DNA of 63,497 nt, the filler included, from Choristocarpus tenellus KU-1152 (taxonomy: Eukaryota; Protista; Phaeophyceae): the NCBI GenBank assembly GCA_964200185.2. It is 9 parts of 9 records of this genome, joined end to end, with 100 filler letters (N's around TTAATTAATTAA, not from the genome) between each part and the next. Parts side by side here need not be neighbours in the genome. Positions count along the whole stretch, not along the records: positions 7,441 to 21,791 come from CAXNAD020001220.1; positions 21,892 to 30,368 come from CAXNAD020004668.1; 7 more parts are not named here. One strand, 5' to 3'. Below are positions 14,051 to 26,600 of this stretch, one piece after another (within the stretch, counting starts at the first letter, position 1; the number at the start of each line of letters is the position of its first letter). The notes under the pieces were generated by a model, which was not told the origin of the DNA, did no database searches, and worked only from the letters and a program-made list of their open reading frames with translations. Both the position numbers and the translations under genes were made by a program.

Positions 14051-16129
14051 CGTGATATTGTTCCAGGTGCTGCACATAAATGGATCTAATAAATAATCTT
14101 ACATTTTGTACCACCCATGTAATCATAACTCAAAGAAGGGCAAATAGACATAAATGGTCTGACAAATATTAGAAACGAAGCACCCCCATTACAATATTTT
14201 CTAATCAAGGTCAGGCCTCGGCTATTCTAGTTCTTGTCCATTCTGGACCAGCCCTGTTTACAAAATCGTATTACAGTAGTACATCTTTTTCCACCTAAGT
14301 TGGCTTGCTGTTGCATTACCCAGTTCGATTTTCTTTCCGAAGGCCCTGGTCGAGTCTGGTAAAAATATAGCCCATCCACCCAGGCCGGTTCCCCGTCCCG
14401 TCAGGTTTTCCGGTCAGGTTTACCTGGTCTGGCGAAATCCCTGTTTTGATTTCTTAAGGGAAGTCTAACAAAACAAGATTCGAGGGAGGAGGTGGAGGGA
14501 CAAGGAAGGTGTGGGGTGGCTGTAAGGTTATAAAAATTGGGGGAATTTTTCGGGGGACCGTCAACTAAAAGCTTCAAAGTTTTCTCCTTCTTTATTAGTG
14601 AGTTCGAAATCGGAAGTGAGCGAAGCGGTATGACATTTTATGTTTTACCGCCATAGGTATAACGAGGTCCATGGGCATGTTCCACCCACCACACACTATC
14701 AATACCATTTAAATGTCACAGATCTACAAAATGTTAGAAGGGCATAATAATATATATTTAAAGCTATTCTTGTGTCATGTAAAGAAAACGGATGCCTTAC
14801 TGCCTGACATACCTAGGACATGTTTCTCCATCTCCTCCACGTCCATTTACTTATGGTTAGGGATTGGGATTCCTTTTAAAGTTTAGGTCGTTCTTATGGA
14901 GGCGGTACAATTAGTTGTAGGAACCTCGTAGTAGTATTCAGTTAGAGGGAAGAGTTATGTATACCTCTGACAGGGGGTTGGATAATAATTCCAATATATA
15001 TTTCTTAGGCAAAGTAGCAATGATAAACAGTAACACTTACATATTTCGAAGTATGTGCGCACAAAATCTACTACTCGTACAAACCTCTGACCTCTGACAG
15101 GTTGATTCACGTACCGGTACTTAAGCAGTTAATTTATTGTGAGAAACATCATTATTACTTGTTGGGTATTGCACCTCACCAAATGTTCCACACAATATCG
15201 CCACCACCCTCAAATCACATTTTCTTTACTATTCTGTTTTCCGTTTCACAATTTAGAAATATAGTTGTGTCAATTGCTTCAAACGAGAAGAGGTTCCACT
15301 CCAAAATGAAAAAAAGTTCTACCTGTCTACAACCCAACTTATTCCCCAACTAGTTGTCTCTATATCACAACCGCCATCTCCATTATTTCAAGCACCAAGG
15401 TACAATCGTGAGTGGCTCTATCGTTCTTTCAATTATTAATGTAAAATATATCATTCACATTTTCTATATTTTGTTTTTTAAGCAGTATATATATTGTTGA
15501 TCTTTTCCCATCTCTTCTTCATTTTGCTTATTATGGTCAATAGTGTATTTATTCCCTAATAAAAATATTCATTGAAGTAACCACACTATTGTATGTCCAT
15601 CAAATTAGTCTTTGTATTATCACCCCTCTTTCCCCTTATCCCTACTTCCCACACTTTCTCCCCCTCACTCACTCCCCCTCTTCTCTCGTATCTTGTATTG
15701 GACGTCCTACGTATTGTTGTCTATTGGAGCTTAGGCATTCCATTTTTCGGTTTCCAGCTTTTTATGGTGAGAGACACATTCTGCGTTTCAATCTGTAGTG
15801 CCTTCTACCTGAAAATTGGAACATCCAAACTAGATTCTCCTCGAAAGAAACTTGACGTTGGAGGGAGTGCAAAATTCCTGTGGGGTAAAAACTATGATTT
15901 TTGTTGTTGTCCCTTGATTCATCGATGATAATTTTGAAACGGAATTATGTTTTCGGGGCATCATTGGTTCTATCACTGTTGGAAATTGGGGTTAACGAGT
16001 TTATTTAAAAGATGCAATGCAGTATTTCATTCTCATACGAGTTTACAACAATCACCTCCCACCACCCACATACCACACAACCAGCACTGCCCTTGCTAAG
16101 CCCAAAGATTCATTCACCAGTCTTCGCGA

Positions 16130-18084
16130 ATGGGTGCCTGTAGTAGCTCAACGGCTCCGGCTATTGCCACGGCATCTGTACTCATCCCAGCTTACTGGTG
16201 GTGCGAAAGTGAAAACTGGGATCGATTCCTCTCTGACCTAAGAAGTGTGCGAGCGGAAGGTCTAACAGGTGAGGTGGAGGTCATTGTGAATGTCAACTCC
16301 GGCCGCATCACGAAGATGAGTGAGAATCTTTTGAATCTGTGGAAGGCACTTATCCAGCGACTTGAAGACGAAGATGTGAAGGTGTTCGGCTACGTGTCAA
16401 TGGCTGACAGGGAGGAGGAACATTTCGACGTGTGCAGCGATGTAGAGCTGCAGGGTCGACGACCCTTCCCGGATGTCAAGCAGGAGATTGATAGTGAGTA
16501 AAACATCTTGCTCATGTAGAATTTGATTTAGACTCCTCTAGGATTCCTAGGCATTGGTGGGAATGCCCTCGAGCCAATAACGTTACCTCCACTTGTAGAT
16601 TGAAGATAAAAGCTACATGCGAGGCAATATCAGCACCTCAACGCAGATCCCAACACCCTTGGGAAAATTGAAGAAATGACATACCCTTTCATATAGCAAG
16701 ATCACTTCACCCTCCAATTAGCATGCGTTGGGCATATACCGATTCTCAAGATATACGTACGAGAGTTGGAGCGGCTGTTTATATAGAAGTCGCGTCGTGG
16801 AGTAGATATATCTCTTTCTTTGCCACGAAGCAAGGAACGACATTGACTGTTGTATATACAGTAAAGCCTGTTTTCATGCCTGCCAAATAGTCCTCTCTGA
16901 GTGGATACCTGGTGAAGAAATTGTAAGTCTGTGGTGCCTGAAGTCCATATAATATCCGTTGTATTGCCTTCAACCCACATGTGAATTGGTTCCTCGTCCT
17001 GTGCAACACAGCAAAGCTATTCCCATCCCTCCAACCATTGCCCTTTCCTGTCTAATGGAATCTCCTTGCCCAGTATACCACGATGTATTAGGAGTGGGTG
17101 GCATATTCACCGACGATGTTTCTCACACTGGCATCAACAAGAAGAACGTGCTGACTGTAACAGGGTACGTTACTGATGTCTGTGGACTCAAGGCAATACA
17201 TAACCCTGGGACAATGTCTCTCGACAAAGACCTTGTGGACGCAGCCTGGCGCTCCTGCTACAGAGAGGTGGGTTATGGGGGGTGGAGGAGGTGTGTCCTT
17301 CTACTTTTTTGTTTGGTCACTGTCGGCCAAGATTGCACATGACCAGTTCTCAACAAGTAGAAGTTCACCCCACGTATGTCCCCTGACCAGCTCATTTCCC
17401 GTTCCCACACTCCCCTTCACTTCACCTACCCGGTTGCCACCCTCCAGGGGGTCGACCCAGGCGATGCTTCTCCAGCAGAGGGATGGCCAAAGGTAGACAG
17501 GAGCAAGTGGGCGATGATTTTGCACCATGTTTCTCCCAAGGACTGGCAGAGCTTCGCTGAAACATCTCGAACTCGTGGGTGCGTTGTTGTAGCAGCATTC
17601 TTGACTCATTTGCGTATATTCTACTATTTCCTACCACATTATTCTTATTATTCTTATTGTAAGCGTTTGCTGCTCCAAGTTTAGAATCATTTTTGAAGAC
17701 GTAGGACTCTTACAAGTGACACGCATAGCAGGAATGTCCCTGAGATACATATTTTAACAGACGATATATCCATAAGGAACCATGCTCGAATTTTACTGTG
17801 ATCCTACTACCTTAGCTCTATAGCTAACCCTGAGTCATGTCTTGCATCTATTAGTAGTGTACATACAACTGAGAGGAAGCTAACACCTCGAGCTCAGGTC
17901 TCTCTCTTTTGTCCGTCAGGCAGAAGTTACGTACTTACCGCCCCCCAGCAAGCCAAGTTGTAACCCCCCACCCTCGCCAACTCCCCACTTCCAATGCAGG
18001 TATGGGAGCTTTTATGCGACAAATGGTAACTGGGATACGTACCCTTCATATATGCGTAGTATGCTTCGGTCAAGCCTTGCTTGA
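16130..18084 (+). CDS. Spherulin-4 / GH135 (Sph3-like) glycoside hydrolase family protein, complete, 257 aa. Exons 16130-16493, 17074-17267, 17448-17578, 18000-18084.
   Basis: Exon phases (1,0,2) splice in frame to 774 nt. Motifs VLIPAY, VIVNVNSG, VKVFGYV, DVKQEIDIY, GVGGIFTDD, HNPGT, CYRE, WAMILHHV, GYGSFYAT, WDTYPSY occur in the order typical of Spherulin-4. The N-terminus is MGACSSS. Confidence 0.85.
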
Positions 18085-20879
18085 GAGCTGGATTGGGTCG
18101 TACCCTTCCTACACTTAAAATCTATTTGGCAGGATTTTTTCTTACTATTTCCTCCATTTATCTCTATTTTGCCAGTATTGCTTTGTTTCTGGTGATTTGA
18201 GGACGTTCCATGATGGAAATGTGTGGCGTGTATAATGCCAGTTTGGTATTTATGGAAAACGTCTATTTTGTTGTATGTATGAGGTTCTTGTCTTGTCTAT
18301 TCTGGCAGTCACTACTACAATGTCATAGCATTGTTGAGTCTTCAGAGTAGTTCGGGTTTTGTGGAAATGGCAGTCCTTGCATGTTCCATTTTTGTGTAGA
18401 TATTTGTTGCCTCAATACTTCCAAGGTATTTGTTGTGCATGTTGAGCATCCCATTTTACTTGTAGAGTTCCTGTACTTGGATTTAATTATTGTTCATATC
18501 ACGAAATTTACCTACCATAGCATTGCACAAAAATCCTTGGCGCATGTATGATTTGCCCTCATAGGAGAGAGAAAAGAAAGTTTTCCTTCGGCTAACATGC
18601 CCATAGCAAGTATACAAGGTATGAGCAAAAAAGTGCTACTTCGAAGTATACCCCTAGATGTAGAAGATTTCCTATTTCGAAGCTGCATCTAATATATGTG
18701 ATACATTATTTGGTTAGCTTGTATCATATCAGCGGATGAAATCTGTATGCTGGTTTCTGGACTCCTTTTGGAGCCAAACTATTTGAGAGATATGCAAGGT
18801 TGCATTTTTAAGGATCCCAAGCAAGACAAGAAAGGCGCCATTTTGTACAATTACAGAAAGGACCTTTGCGGAATTGTGGTGTCAATTTGTGTCTGAAAGA
18901 GGGAATTTCAATTTTGCGTACACTACTGTGTGCATTAAGCAGTGGAATAGAGTGTATTAGACAGGGTATAAAAGACAACTTAGAAAGCAAAGGGCCCAGA
19001 TTTGCCTACCTCTGAATGACTTTGGCTGTTCATCAGGGTCTGGATCCTCCCAGCTGCTGACGGTAGCATGTCCTTGTTGCCTTCACATACTTTTTAGCTG
19101 CAAGGCTTGGATTTTTGCACATACAGGTTCTTTTTGGAGATCAAGATGCGTGCAATTTTGCATCTGTACCCAAGCACTAAGCCGATTTACACGTATATTT
19201 TATTTTAGTCGTACCCAGTGTTGATTACCAACCCTCCCTACAGATTTCTTGAGGTCAGCTAGAGTGGGTTTTAGGGTACACATTGACACTGCATTGCTGT
19301 TAAGCTGTCTAATGGCGGTAGTTCACATTTCCTTGAACTACTTGACTAGATGTAACCCTCCTACTCGCTAAGAGCTTGTGTGCTATCTTCTTCGGTGCCC
19401 TGATTCTCAACTCATTTTCATTACAACACCTTCAGCATCACTGGCTGTTTCCCAAGTCAACGACAAATAATCCTCATGTGAACCCTATTCCTAGTCTACC
19501 ACTTTACCCCCCGCTTCTTCCATTGCGTGGGTAGTGCATAATGTTGGATACCACAGGTAGGTATCAGATGGAAGGTCCATATTTCCTCAACAATATGGTA
19601 AAATAACTCAATTTATCTAGAAGTTGAACCTTTTTGAATCGAGGTTGACCTGACGACAGCTGCTGCATTTTTTTGTACCGGATTTGTAAACGTGCGATAA
19701 TAATGACTTTACCAGAAAATGGTCATCTGTAGGGGTAGGTAGGTGTGGTCTAGTTTTATGATCTGACTCAGTGCCAAACCAATCGAGAGGTAGGCAGGTT
19801 TTGACCCTTCTTTCTTGTATACTAAGCCGTCTTTCTTACCCTGTGTTAACACACTCTATTTCGTTCCTTTATGTGCCCAATAGCGTACGAAAAATCGTTC
19901 TCCTTTCCACAAACAAAGTGAGACTACAACTCATCAAATAAATGCTATTTCGGTAATATAACAAAAAAAAGCCCTTTCTCGTGATCCTTAGAATGCAACC
20001 CTGCCTCGCCACTTGGTTTGATTTTCAGATACAAAATATGAAACCTAAAGTAAAATCATAGAAATAGAGAGAGGATATTGTACTGCTCTTCATTTCTGTG
20101 ATCCGACCATGAAGATGATGAAGAATCCACATCTATCTAGGTTACCCATTTCTATTTTTTCAATTTTATGGGTAACTATGATCGTTGTCGCATCATAAAC
20201 TGCACAACTCCAACCTGCAAGACCCCTTCATGAATCTACTACTATTGTTAGTACAAGTGAACAAGGTGGTCTGGCAAAAAATCAAACTCTTCATATACTT
20301 CGTAAAAACAGGTAAATGTAGGGAAGGGGGTTAGCGCGATAGTATATACTACAGGAACTGATTGATTAATGGATTTGATTAATTCATATTCGTTCGACGC
20401 ACGATGCAATGATGACCAGATATCTAGCAGGTGCTGTTGTGGAGAAAAATAAATGTGGAGGGACCAATGATACGAGAGGTGAGGCATAAACAGACAGGAG
20501 GAAAATATAATATATATGTTTCATATCTATCTGACAAAAACAAAAATGCAAATACAACATTAAAAATACAGAAGGAAGAAAGTAACAAATTAGATAAATT
20601 CATAAAGGGCAAATACATATTAGTAACAAAGAGGTATCAATTCCAACCTTAAGGAATACCAAAACGTTTAAATGAGGAGTCCCGGGAGTTGACTTTCTGC
20701 TCGGTAGCTCAGGGGTTTACCAGTGTTTCAACAATATATCCCCTCCCACGTCATTATCCTTCAGAAAAAGAACACATAAGTGCAATACACACACTACCTA
20801 TTATAGACATAGATACCACCAGCAGTAGCAAGGAGGGTGGGCGAAGCCTGACCCCCTACGCAACCCCAGCTAGGTTCCT

Positions 20880-21600
20880 CAGTTAGTGTCACGTGTATTT
20901 GGTGTCTGCTGGGGCTGCACTTTAACCTGGCGAGTTGTGGTTGCTTCGGCTTCCCTAGTATGCCAGACATACATAAGAGTGTTTGGATCCTTCCTCCACA
21001 CACCTGTTGTACCATCGGTTTGGATTTCTTTATGTAAACCACACTTTTCAGCTGGGATCTTGAGACACCAAGGGGCATCTTGGAAACACCACCACCAGTT
21101 TCTGTCCGGTCTTCCTATCTTCCCTTTAGGGTTTCCAGGTGGAAGTTCCCCAAACATAAAGTTCTTAGGCAAGCAAGCATTATCCATGCACGCCATGGAA
21201 TCCGCAGACAGCAGGCTCTGCTTGCAATAACTGTTTCAATGCTCTTGAACCCAGTTCTAACTACTGCCTCCCTCTATAACACGAGGGGATCTGATGTCTC
21301 GGCCAAGCTTCCACATATCCGCATTGTAGGAATAAAGCATTCCTCATCGTCGTGGTAACTACCGAGACATTTGAATCCCTGCTCCCTCCCCCCTTCCCTG
21401 GCGATCTGGCATCTCTTCGCAGCTCTCCTGTTGCAGACATACTCTTCCTTGGGAACACCACCTTCTGCACTGAACCTCCTAAACTCGGCGTTAAAATAGA
21501 GGTTGGGATGATAACTAGGCCAAGACATGCCCTCAACAAAGGCCTATTCCAATGCCTAACAATTTAGAGGTCGGGATTCACATTACCTCGGCTTTATCAG
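20880..21600 (-). mobile_element. RTE-clade LINE 3' remnant
   Basis: CMDNACLPKNFMFGELPPGNPKGKIGRPDRNWWWCFQD; homologous to 526-990. Confidence 0.75.
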
Positions 21601-23671
21601 AGGATCCGCACAAGTAATTATGGGGTAAAGTGGAACTATTAAATCGTACTACCTCGGTGCCATAAGTCTGTGCCGCGTTGTCCATACCGTTTGAAGATGT
21701 TGATGAAATTCATTTCTGAAAAAAGATTCGGAATCCTTGACGAATTTCTGGGTCAACGTATCTGGGGGGGATGTCGGCGTCCGTTTTTCACNNNNNNNNN
21801 NNNNNNNNNNNNNNNNNNNNNNNNNNNNNNNNNNNTTAATTAATTAANNNNNNNNNNNNNNNNNNNNNNNNNNNNNNNNNNNNNNNNNNNNCAAAAATCG
21901 CGATATGAAAAAATTGACCCCAAATGGACAGCCGCCACCCCCCCCCCAGATACTTTGAGCCGTGGATATGCTACGTCTTCTTGAACGATTTTGCACTTCT
22001 GACAAGCTCCACGACCAATAATGACATTAGCTTGTTCCGAATTTCCATTTGTTGCTTTGATAGATAAAGGAGGCCTACAATGCTCTTGATGTTAAAGTGG
22101 GAAGCGTTGACGGAGTGATTGGGAACAACGGTAAGTATAGGACAAATGACAAGATAGGAACTCATGAAGGTGGGAGTAATATTTCCTACTGAAGGAGTTT
22201 GTTGGTCGATTAACACTCCTGTCTACATTTTGTTGGAGTTTACTATGGGGGAGTATCAATGAGAAAATAGCAAGGGAAGACATCAGGTAGCATTTTGAGG
22301 CATGCTTTCTGCAGCCAAGGTATACATATAGTTTCGAAGCTTGATGCCACAGATATGTCTGATTTGATGGAACTGAAAAATTGAATGTGATTAATCAACT
22401 GATTAAATTATTGCTAGTTCAAGAGCCACTAATGACTATTGAAGATTAAATTTTCGCACCAACTGTGGTGCCTTGCATTGTTTGTATCAATATTAGGTAC
22501 GTGCTTTCTTCTACAGTGCACACTTTTTCCTTGACGTTTTAGGGTAACTTTTTCGTGGTACACCCCAGTGGTATTTTGAGAATGACAATCAAAAGGAATC
22601 ATATCGGGAAATTAAGAGTCACGGAGGCCTCTTTTTTGTGCTGCTGGTCAAAACATTGCAAATCCAAACAGGTATTTCCAGGCCTTTGAAAATAACTAAA
22701 TCATGCCCCAAGGTGACTGGCCTTTTTCTGTATTCTCTGTACTACTCCGCCATGCAAATACAGAGACAGGGAAGTGGGAATATGAAAATGAACTCGAAAT
22801 TGACCCCTTGCAGTCGTGCTATTACCGTGTATCAACCCTCTGCAGTCGCTCATTCAAGCACCCACTCCTTCCCTACTCTCAGCTTTGATGGATGTCAGAG
22901 AGGATGGGGGAGAAGTTTCCTCAGCGAAACAGTCTGCCTCGCAGGTGTACTATGGCGTTTCATAGTTCTTCTCGGATGACTACTTCTTCTGCTGGATCAA
23001 TCGCTGATGCACATGACGCCTTTCTTGCTGAAGTTGCCGTATGTTGCTTGTTACACTGCACACACTCACACAAGCACTCAATTTATTTTGTTATCAAAAA
23101 AGTTATTTCTTGTCTGTAGTCATTGAGGAAAATACTAGCTAGGACAACATCAAAATACATTTTTACTTCTCCAGATACGTTTCCCGCCTATGATTGCACC
23201 TCTCATATAGGTATTGAACCATTCAAACGATATTGGCATTTGCAAAATGAGGAACACAGAATGTGGAACATAAACAAGGATTGTGCAATGATATAAACCA
23301 GACATAGGAAATCCCACTGAACATTTCTACTTTCTTTGTCAGGGCAGGTTGACAAATGTACCAATACTGGTGTCCCTTTGAGTTACATATGTCTCAACCT
23401 AATCTCTATGATGACCCTATTTTGAGCAGTGCACACGTCATGCATGGCTAAGGAACTTTCACTACATGCTACCGTACTCCTATCCAAATTCTATTCTTGA
23501 TGTAAGACTCTAGTGTACCACGAGATGTGAGCGCTTTTGGTGATGTAGATATTCTCATAAATGCGTTGGGCAGTGTAAGAAAAAATCTTCTTCTCGAAAC
23601 TTCTTTCAAAATGATTCGAACATCCATCCCATTTTCCTCATCCTGCCTTCCTCTCGCTCCCAACCTGCTAG

Positions 23672-26600
23672 TGGGATGACGGCATCTCCTATCACCCAAA
23701 CCCCAAGACCATATTCAAGGATCTACGATCAGTACCCACTGCTCCTACACTTGATCAATCGGTAAGATATCTTTTTTTTTTTAAACGCACTTTAAAGTGT
23801 CGACTAAACAGGTCGAAAATGACTTCATTCATGAGGGTAAAAGCAATGTGCAAAGGTATTACCCCTGTCATTTAAGTCCAGATTACATTCCGGATGAACA
23901 GATGAACCTTCCTACGCCCTTGTAGGTATACTCGAGTGCATGCATATAAGTACCTGTTTGAATATGTAAGCTTTTTTCCCCACTGTGCTTTTCAGACAAA
24001 TTTGTATTTCATAGGTGTCTCTTTAGAATAGACATTCATAGCTAATCTAAAAAGGAGTATTGTGTTGCAAGACAGTTCTAGAGCATATCCAGCGGGGGGA
24101 GAATACTGCACTATCAGGGACTTCAACCCATTATTCAAAGAAGGGAAAATATAGAATGTTTCGGCAGTATTACTAGGCTTGAACAACACATACTACGATC
24201 CACACCTACCCAATTGACCATATTGATGGAACCAACATTTACTAGCACGGGACTTAGGGACAACAACCAGCTTCGTGATTTACTCAACAATGGATCAACA
24301 GCGATCGACTTTTCTGTTGAACTGCTGCTGATGGCATGCATTGTTTTGATTATGCCACTGTCACTGCCCCTTATACCGCTCTTGATCTGTTCCCTATGGA
24401 AGCACAACAATCCTTGCTCAACCTTTTTCAATGAACACTAGAAACCTCTCTAGTAACTACACGAAGTGAAGTGAGACCATTCTATCAAGAAAATAACTTA
24501 CGGACTAAGATATTGGCTGAGACTATTGTCCCTCAAAGGAGAAATTGCAAGTACTATGTGATTATTTTAATGAGGCTCACCTGGTCATCGATATTCGAGA
24601 GAGAGCCATGCTTTCTTTTCCCATCAGTGTCTTGAAAACTATACTTTGCAGACCTCTCTCTCAGCATCAAATACAACTGTACTGAAATAGTACGTAGCTT
24701 CCAATGTAAAAAAATAACAATCCTCATATATTACATTGGAAAATTGGAGGTGCTATCTTCACATCACAATTGTGCAATGGCAGCAACGTACTGTAGTGAC
24801 AACCCTACAGCACACATTTGACTACTTTGCCACTGGAAGCTTAGAATAGAAGCTCCTAGGAGAATATAACTGTTGCTTCACATATTTTCAGCATCTCACT
24901 ACAATGGGGTAGCGGTAAACCTCTTTCTGGTATTGGTTCATACTAAAATCATTACATTAGTCTTATTACCTTGAAGTGTGTGAAGAGGTGCCTTAGACAT
25001 TGAACTTACCACTCCATCTATGGCATCACTTACTAACGTTCAATGCAGGTCCCAGGGTGCATTCAATGGGGGACTGTACTGCTACACTGGCAGGAGTATA
25101 GATCATCTAGTCACATGTTCTTTGACTACACCCATCCCAACAGGAAGGTTTGCAGAAGTGAAGACTCCATCATAGTACAGGCAAGAGCTGGAAAGAACTC
25201 TTGAAGTACTGAGGATGAACTGAACAGGAGATGTTCACTTCTTAAATTGGAGAAGTACATTTCACTAAACAAGTACAACGGAATAAACGGCCTTTTCATA
25301 TTACCACCACTGACTCGAAGGATTCTTGACCCTGCATAACACCAATCATCTCCCACTAATCTGCTCAAGAGCAGAAGTATCTTAGAAGGTAGAGCCGCGT
25401 CCATTTGGGGGCCAAAATCCAATGTTGTGATTTTGATGTGTAATTTTGGCTATCATGTTTGTTAGGAAGTGTTAATGTCCTTGTTCCGGACACACCTTTT
25501 CATAACGTATACATTTTCCTACTCCAAAACATTTTGGAATAGGAGAATGTAATAAAGAAACATGGGAAGCCAAGCCCCACAAGGACAAACAGGGCAAACC
25601 TCGTACCCTCTAAAATATTTTCACTACAAATTAAAAAAATATTTCACTTGTATTTTTTCCTTCTAAATAGAATCAAAACCTCCACAGGTAGCAGTTGCGA
25701 AGGATAGGTAAGAATAACATATAGTCAAGGCTTGCCCTCGATCCATTCCCATATACACAATATATATTAATGGTTTCAAGCTTCCTAACTTGACTTGAAC
25801 CAATGCCTTACCTTTCCAGAAATGCGTTCATATTTGTAGCTCAGATGTTTTGGACAAGCATGGCATTGAACTGTGGTGAACCTCAACTTAAGTGCTCTCA
25901 CCCATTTGACTTCCAACTCAGAATGCAATGGCCTCCACACTACTTAAGATATGTCTCTCATCGGCAGTCGCAATAGTGGCAAAGATAGACCGTGCAGTAG
26001 TTGTGGTGCCCACATTGAAGGATGTCAGATGAAGTGGTGGTACGAGAAGCATCATCCTGAAATATTGAATACCCAAATCATCACGTTGAGTCAATGGCAT
26101 TGGTTCTCCCACAACTTCCTACCTCCCCTCATTCTTGACATCCTTTGTGAGGATATAGTGGGACTGCCAATGTGACCTCACACTTTCTTGATTTCAAATT
26201 AGGAGAGCAATTCAGCTGAATCGGGTGCAAGTAAAGGCCACACAGGGGTTGTGGGCAAGGAAGGAGGTAAGACTAAGACTGGTGTATCCTCAACTGCAGC
26301 TGCACCAGGAACAACCGCGGCAATAGAAGGCGTGGTGACAAGGACAGAGGGAGTAGGGGCGTCTCCAACCTCCCTTTACAAATTCCTCTACTATCGGATC
26401 GTTGTGCTCCAAACAGCTGCCTTCGCAGCATGGTACACTTGCCAACAGGTGGCAGAGGTGGTGGACATGTTCCCTTGGCAGGTGAGTAAGCGAGTAAAGC
26501 TGTTGCCTCAAGAGTTGGGCGAGAAAACAAGCATTGAGGAAGGGAGGGTGACACTATTGTTTACTTGTCTAGAGTGTTTTTCATGTTTTGACTCAAAATA

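Noticed and set aside
21583-21602. 18-nt identity (CTCTGATAAAGCCGAGGT) to the tRNA-Ile fragment
   Set aside because: No tRNA stems surround it, and it reads as the RTE KAEV motif in the expected position. It is probably coincidental, though a chimeric origin is not excluded.
22883-23038. Possible additional exon of the DUF4476-like gene
   Set aside because: Several frames and splice sites are equally plausible and no motif decides between them.
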